Shown piece after piece: positions 26,220-27,989 of a DNA stretch of 27,989 nt. Origin of the DNA: a phage; NCBI GenBank assembly GCA_025276375.1, contig GCA_025276375.1_3645.2, one strand, 5' to 3'. The position numbers and the translations under genes are program-made. The notes under the pieces are model-generated. The model searched no databases. It was not told the DNA's origin and saw nothing but the letters and a program-made list of their open reading frames with translations. Within the stretch, counting starts at the first letter, position 1. Every line of letters begins with the position of its first letter.

Positions 26220-26962
26220 ATGGTTGCGCCTATGAACGAGAATGACAACGGTCTTGGCTTGATCTCTACGCCAAGTCCGTTAACCGTGGTGTATTTCTCT
26301 ATCAACTCTTCTTTAGAATCTCCCCAGATAAATTCCCCGTCGCGTCGGATAAAATATCTTTTCTTACCGCATTTCTCCGGATCTGGATACCCTTCATCGT
26401 CCAACCACCATCTAACCAGTTTGGCAAGCATGTGTTCTGAATCGGGGTTACAGCTGATAACCATTCTTGATGGATACTTTGACTGAGATCGCAGACGAGA
26501 CATCAGGTAGTCTATCTGCTCCCATTCGAACTGCGTGCCCTCATCGAAGCAAACCATGGTGTACTCAAGCCCCTGATGGTTAAGCTTATCTTGTACATAC
26601 TCCATATGGCAGTATTTTACAACAGCTCCCTTTTTGCTTCTATCCCACTTACCAGTGTTCGGATCAAACCGTGGAAAAATGAACTTATGATCCTTCTCTC
26701 TGAACTTTGGCTTAATGTTTTCAGGCAGATCACTATAAATAGCTACTGCTTTAGGCCATAGTCCACCCTCACCTTCTAACTGTGGGGTTGTTCTTCGGAA
26801 CATAACCACAGAGCTGTGGGGGTCATCAATAATTTTAAGTGGCATCAACTGCAAGAGGAACGACTTGCCAGACCCTGCGGCACCGCCGATTACCAAGATA
26901 TCTGCATCGTTTTCGAGGATCATCTTCTGCTTTTCAGAACACGGTCCGTAAATCTTAGACAT
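26220..26962 (-). CDS. terL: terminase large subunit, exon 1 (ATPase domain); 3' boundary is the inferred 5' splice site
   Basis: Walker A VIGGAAGSGKS and Walker B YTMVCFDEGTQ. The unspliced frame stops at 26215-26213 after ...SFIGATIK. Start ATG 26962-26960 overlaps the Rz1 stop. Confidence 0.8.
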
Positions 26963-27249
26963 TAACCTCTCTCCTTTGGAAACAGTGTTCTAATATAGTC
27001 TTGCAAAATGATCAATTTAGCTCTATCATTGCTACAAGACAGATTATTATCCCTCATAATGCCAGAATTCACTGCATCTGGCGCACCTTTCTTCAAAGGC
27101 ATAGCTTTAGCAGGTGGTTTCATGGCACCTTCTGGGGGTTTAACAATCAACCTTCCTACATCCGGAGGGTCAATCTTGTATTCTCTCTCAACGCTGGTTG
27201 CACACCCACATAATAACAAGCACGCAATAAACAGTGTGGCAACTCTCAT
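26962..27249 (-). CDS. Rz1: outer-membrane spanin lipoprotein (Rz1-like, 95 aa)
   Basis: Signal peptide with lipobox (FIACLLLCGC), Pro-rich mature region (DPPDVGRLIVKPPEGAMKPPAKAMPLKKGAPD). Start overlaps the Rz stop (ATGA) and its stop overlaps the terL start. Confidence 0.65.
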   Translation of the reverse strand: MRVATLFIACLLLCGCATSVEREYKIDPPDVGRLIVKPPEGAMKPPAKAMPLKKGAPDAVNSGIMRDNNLSCSNDRAKLIILQDYIRTLFPKERG

Positions 27250-27644
27250 CGATCCTCCTGATTGATACTCTCATTATAAATATCTATAAGCTGATCAGGA
27301 AGTGTTGACTTCTTACCTTCAGGTGATTGGAGGTAGATAATCTGCTTTTCTCTACCTGCCCTCTCAGCTATATTTAATTTATCCTGTAGATCAGAAAGGG
27401 ATTTTTCAAGGTTTTTAACCTCCTCTGCGTGGCCCATTTTAATTTTGTCGGCCTGCTTTTGTTGTTGGTCAAGGATCCGTTCCCACTTTAACTCTGTTGC
27501 TGACACACCTTCCTGATAAGCATCATTGAGCTTAGAGTTAAACCAATACACGGCCCCAAGATAAGCTGTACCTATAGCCGCTGCAAAAACTAAACCTTTT
27601 ATGATCCCTCTATACCTACTAAGCCATGTTAAACCTGAAATCAT
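27246..27644 (-). CDS. Rz: inner-membrane spanin (Rz-like, 132 aa)
   Basis: N-terminal transmembrane segment (GLVFAAAIGTAYLGAVYWF) followed by a charged coiled-coil-type periplasmic region. SD GGAG before the ATG. Confidence 0.65.
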   Translation of the reverse strand: MISGLTWLSRYRGIIKGLVFAAAIGTAYLGAVYWFNSKLNDAYQEGVSATELKWERILDQQQKQADKIKMGHAEEVKNLEKSLSDLQDKLNIAERAGREKQIIYLQSPEGKKSTLPDQLIDIYNESINQEDR

Positions 27645-27662
27645 TTTAAGGCTCCAGAAACG

Positions 27663-27693
27663 AAAAAACCCCGCAGCTATACAGCTAACGGGG
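27663..27693 (-). terminator. hairpin + U6 upstream of the spanin genes (terminates the gene entering from the window end)
   Basis: Minus-strand CCCCG-[UUAGCUGUAUAGCUG]-CGGGG followed by UUUUUUCG. The loop contains a self-complementary AGCU pair. Confidence 0.5.
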
Positions 27694-27749
27694 CGGGTTA
27701 AAATTGAGTAACCTAAATAGATCGAAACTAACTAAAAGGAGACTAATAC

Positions 27750-27989
27750 TTATCGAGGCACTCGGTGGATGATTCTAACAGTAACTGCATTTTCATTCAT
27801 CAAGTATGCATCTACATCTCTGTAAATATAAAACTTCTGCTCACTATCAACAACACAAGCTACCGCCCCTTCAGAGTTGTCTTCAAAAAAGACCACCACT
27901 GCATCGCAGCTGAGTTCATGATATGACTCTCGAAGATTTACAGCCAGAGGATTGAAATCGTCACGAAAATCTACGGTATGGGTTGGATT
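27750..27989 (-). CDS. hypothetical protein, C-terminal 79 codons (gene enters from beyond the window end)
   Basis: Open frame from 27989 to the TAA at 27752-27750 (...VVVFFEDNSEGAVACVVDSEQKFYIYRDVDAYLMNENAVTVRIIHRVPR). Could be a lysis or small terminase gene by position, but there is no motif support. Confidence 0.4.
   Translation of the reverse strand, partial: NPTHTVDFRDDFNPLAVNLRESYHELSCDAVVVFFEDNSEGAVACVVDSEQKFYIYRDVDAYLMNENAVTVRIIHRVPR

Noticed and set aside
1-27989. CRISPR arrays, tRNA/rRNA genes, transposase or integrase genes
   Set aside because: No direct-repeat/spacer periodicity, no cloverleaf-like sequences in the short intergenic gaps, and no recombinase-like ORFs. The only mobile element is the terL intron.

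Overview
The window is a contiguous late (lysis, packaging, morphogenesis) module of a tailed dsDNA phage, with every credible gene on the minus strand (transcribed from high to low coordinates). In transcription order: a 5'-truncated gene, an Rz/Rz1 spanin pair (implying a Gram-negative host), a large terminase subunit gene interrupted by a ~1 kb group I intron carrying an HNH homing endonuclease, portal, a small putative protease, scaffold, a small capsid-associated protein, major capsid protein, five neck/connector-sized genes, a sheath-sized and tube-sized pair, a tail assembly chaperone with a -1 frameshift site, tape measure protein, several baseplate/tail proteins including a central spike, and three fibre/spike genes. 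Gene blocks are separated by GC-rich hairpin + U-tract terminators, two of them followed by sigma70-like promoters. The most notable feature is the intron-split terminase: the conserved group I core elements are readable directly in the sequence. All plus-strand ORFs in the track lie antisense to these genes and are judged spurious. No database search or structure prediction was possible; functional calls rest on motifs read by eye, gene order and protein size, and splice-site and start coordinates are approximate where stated.
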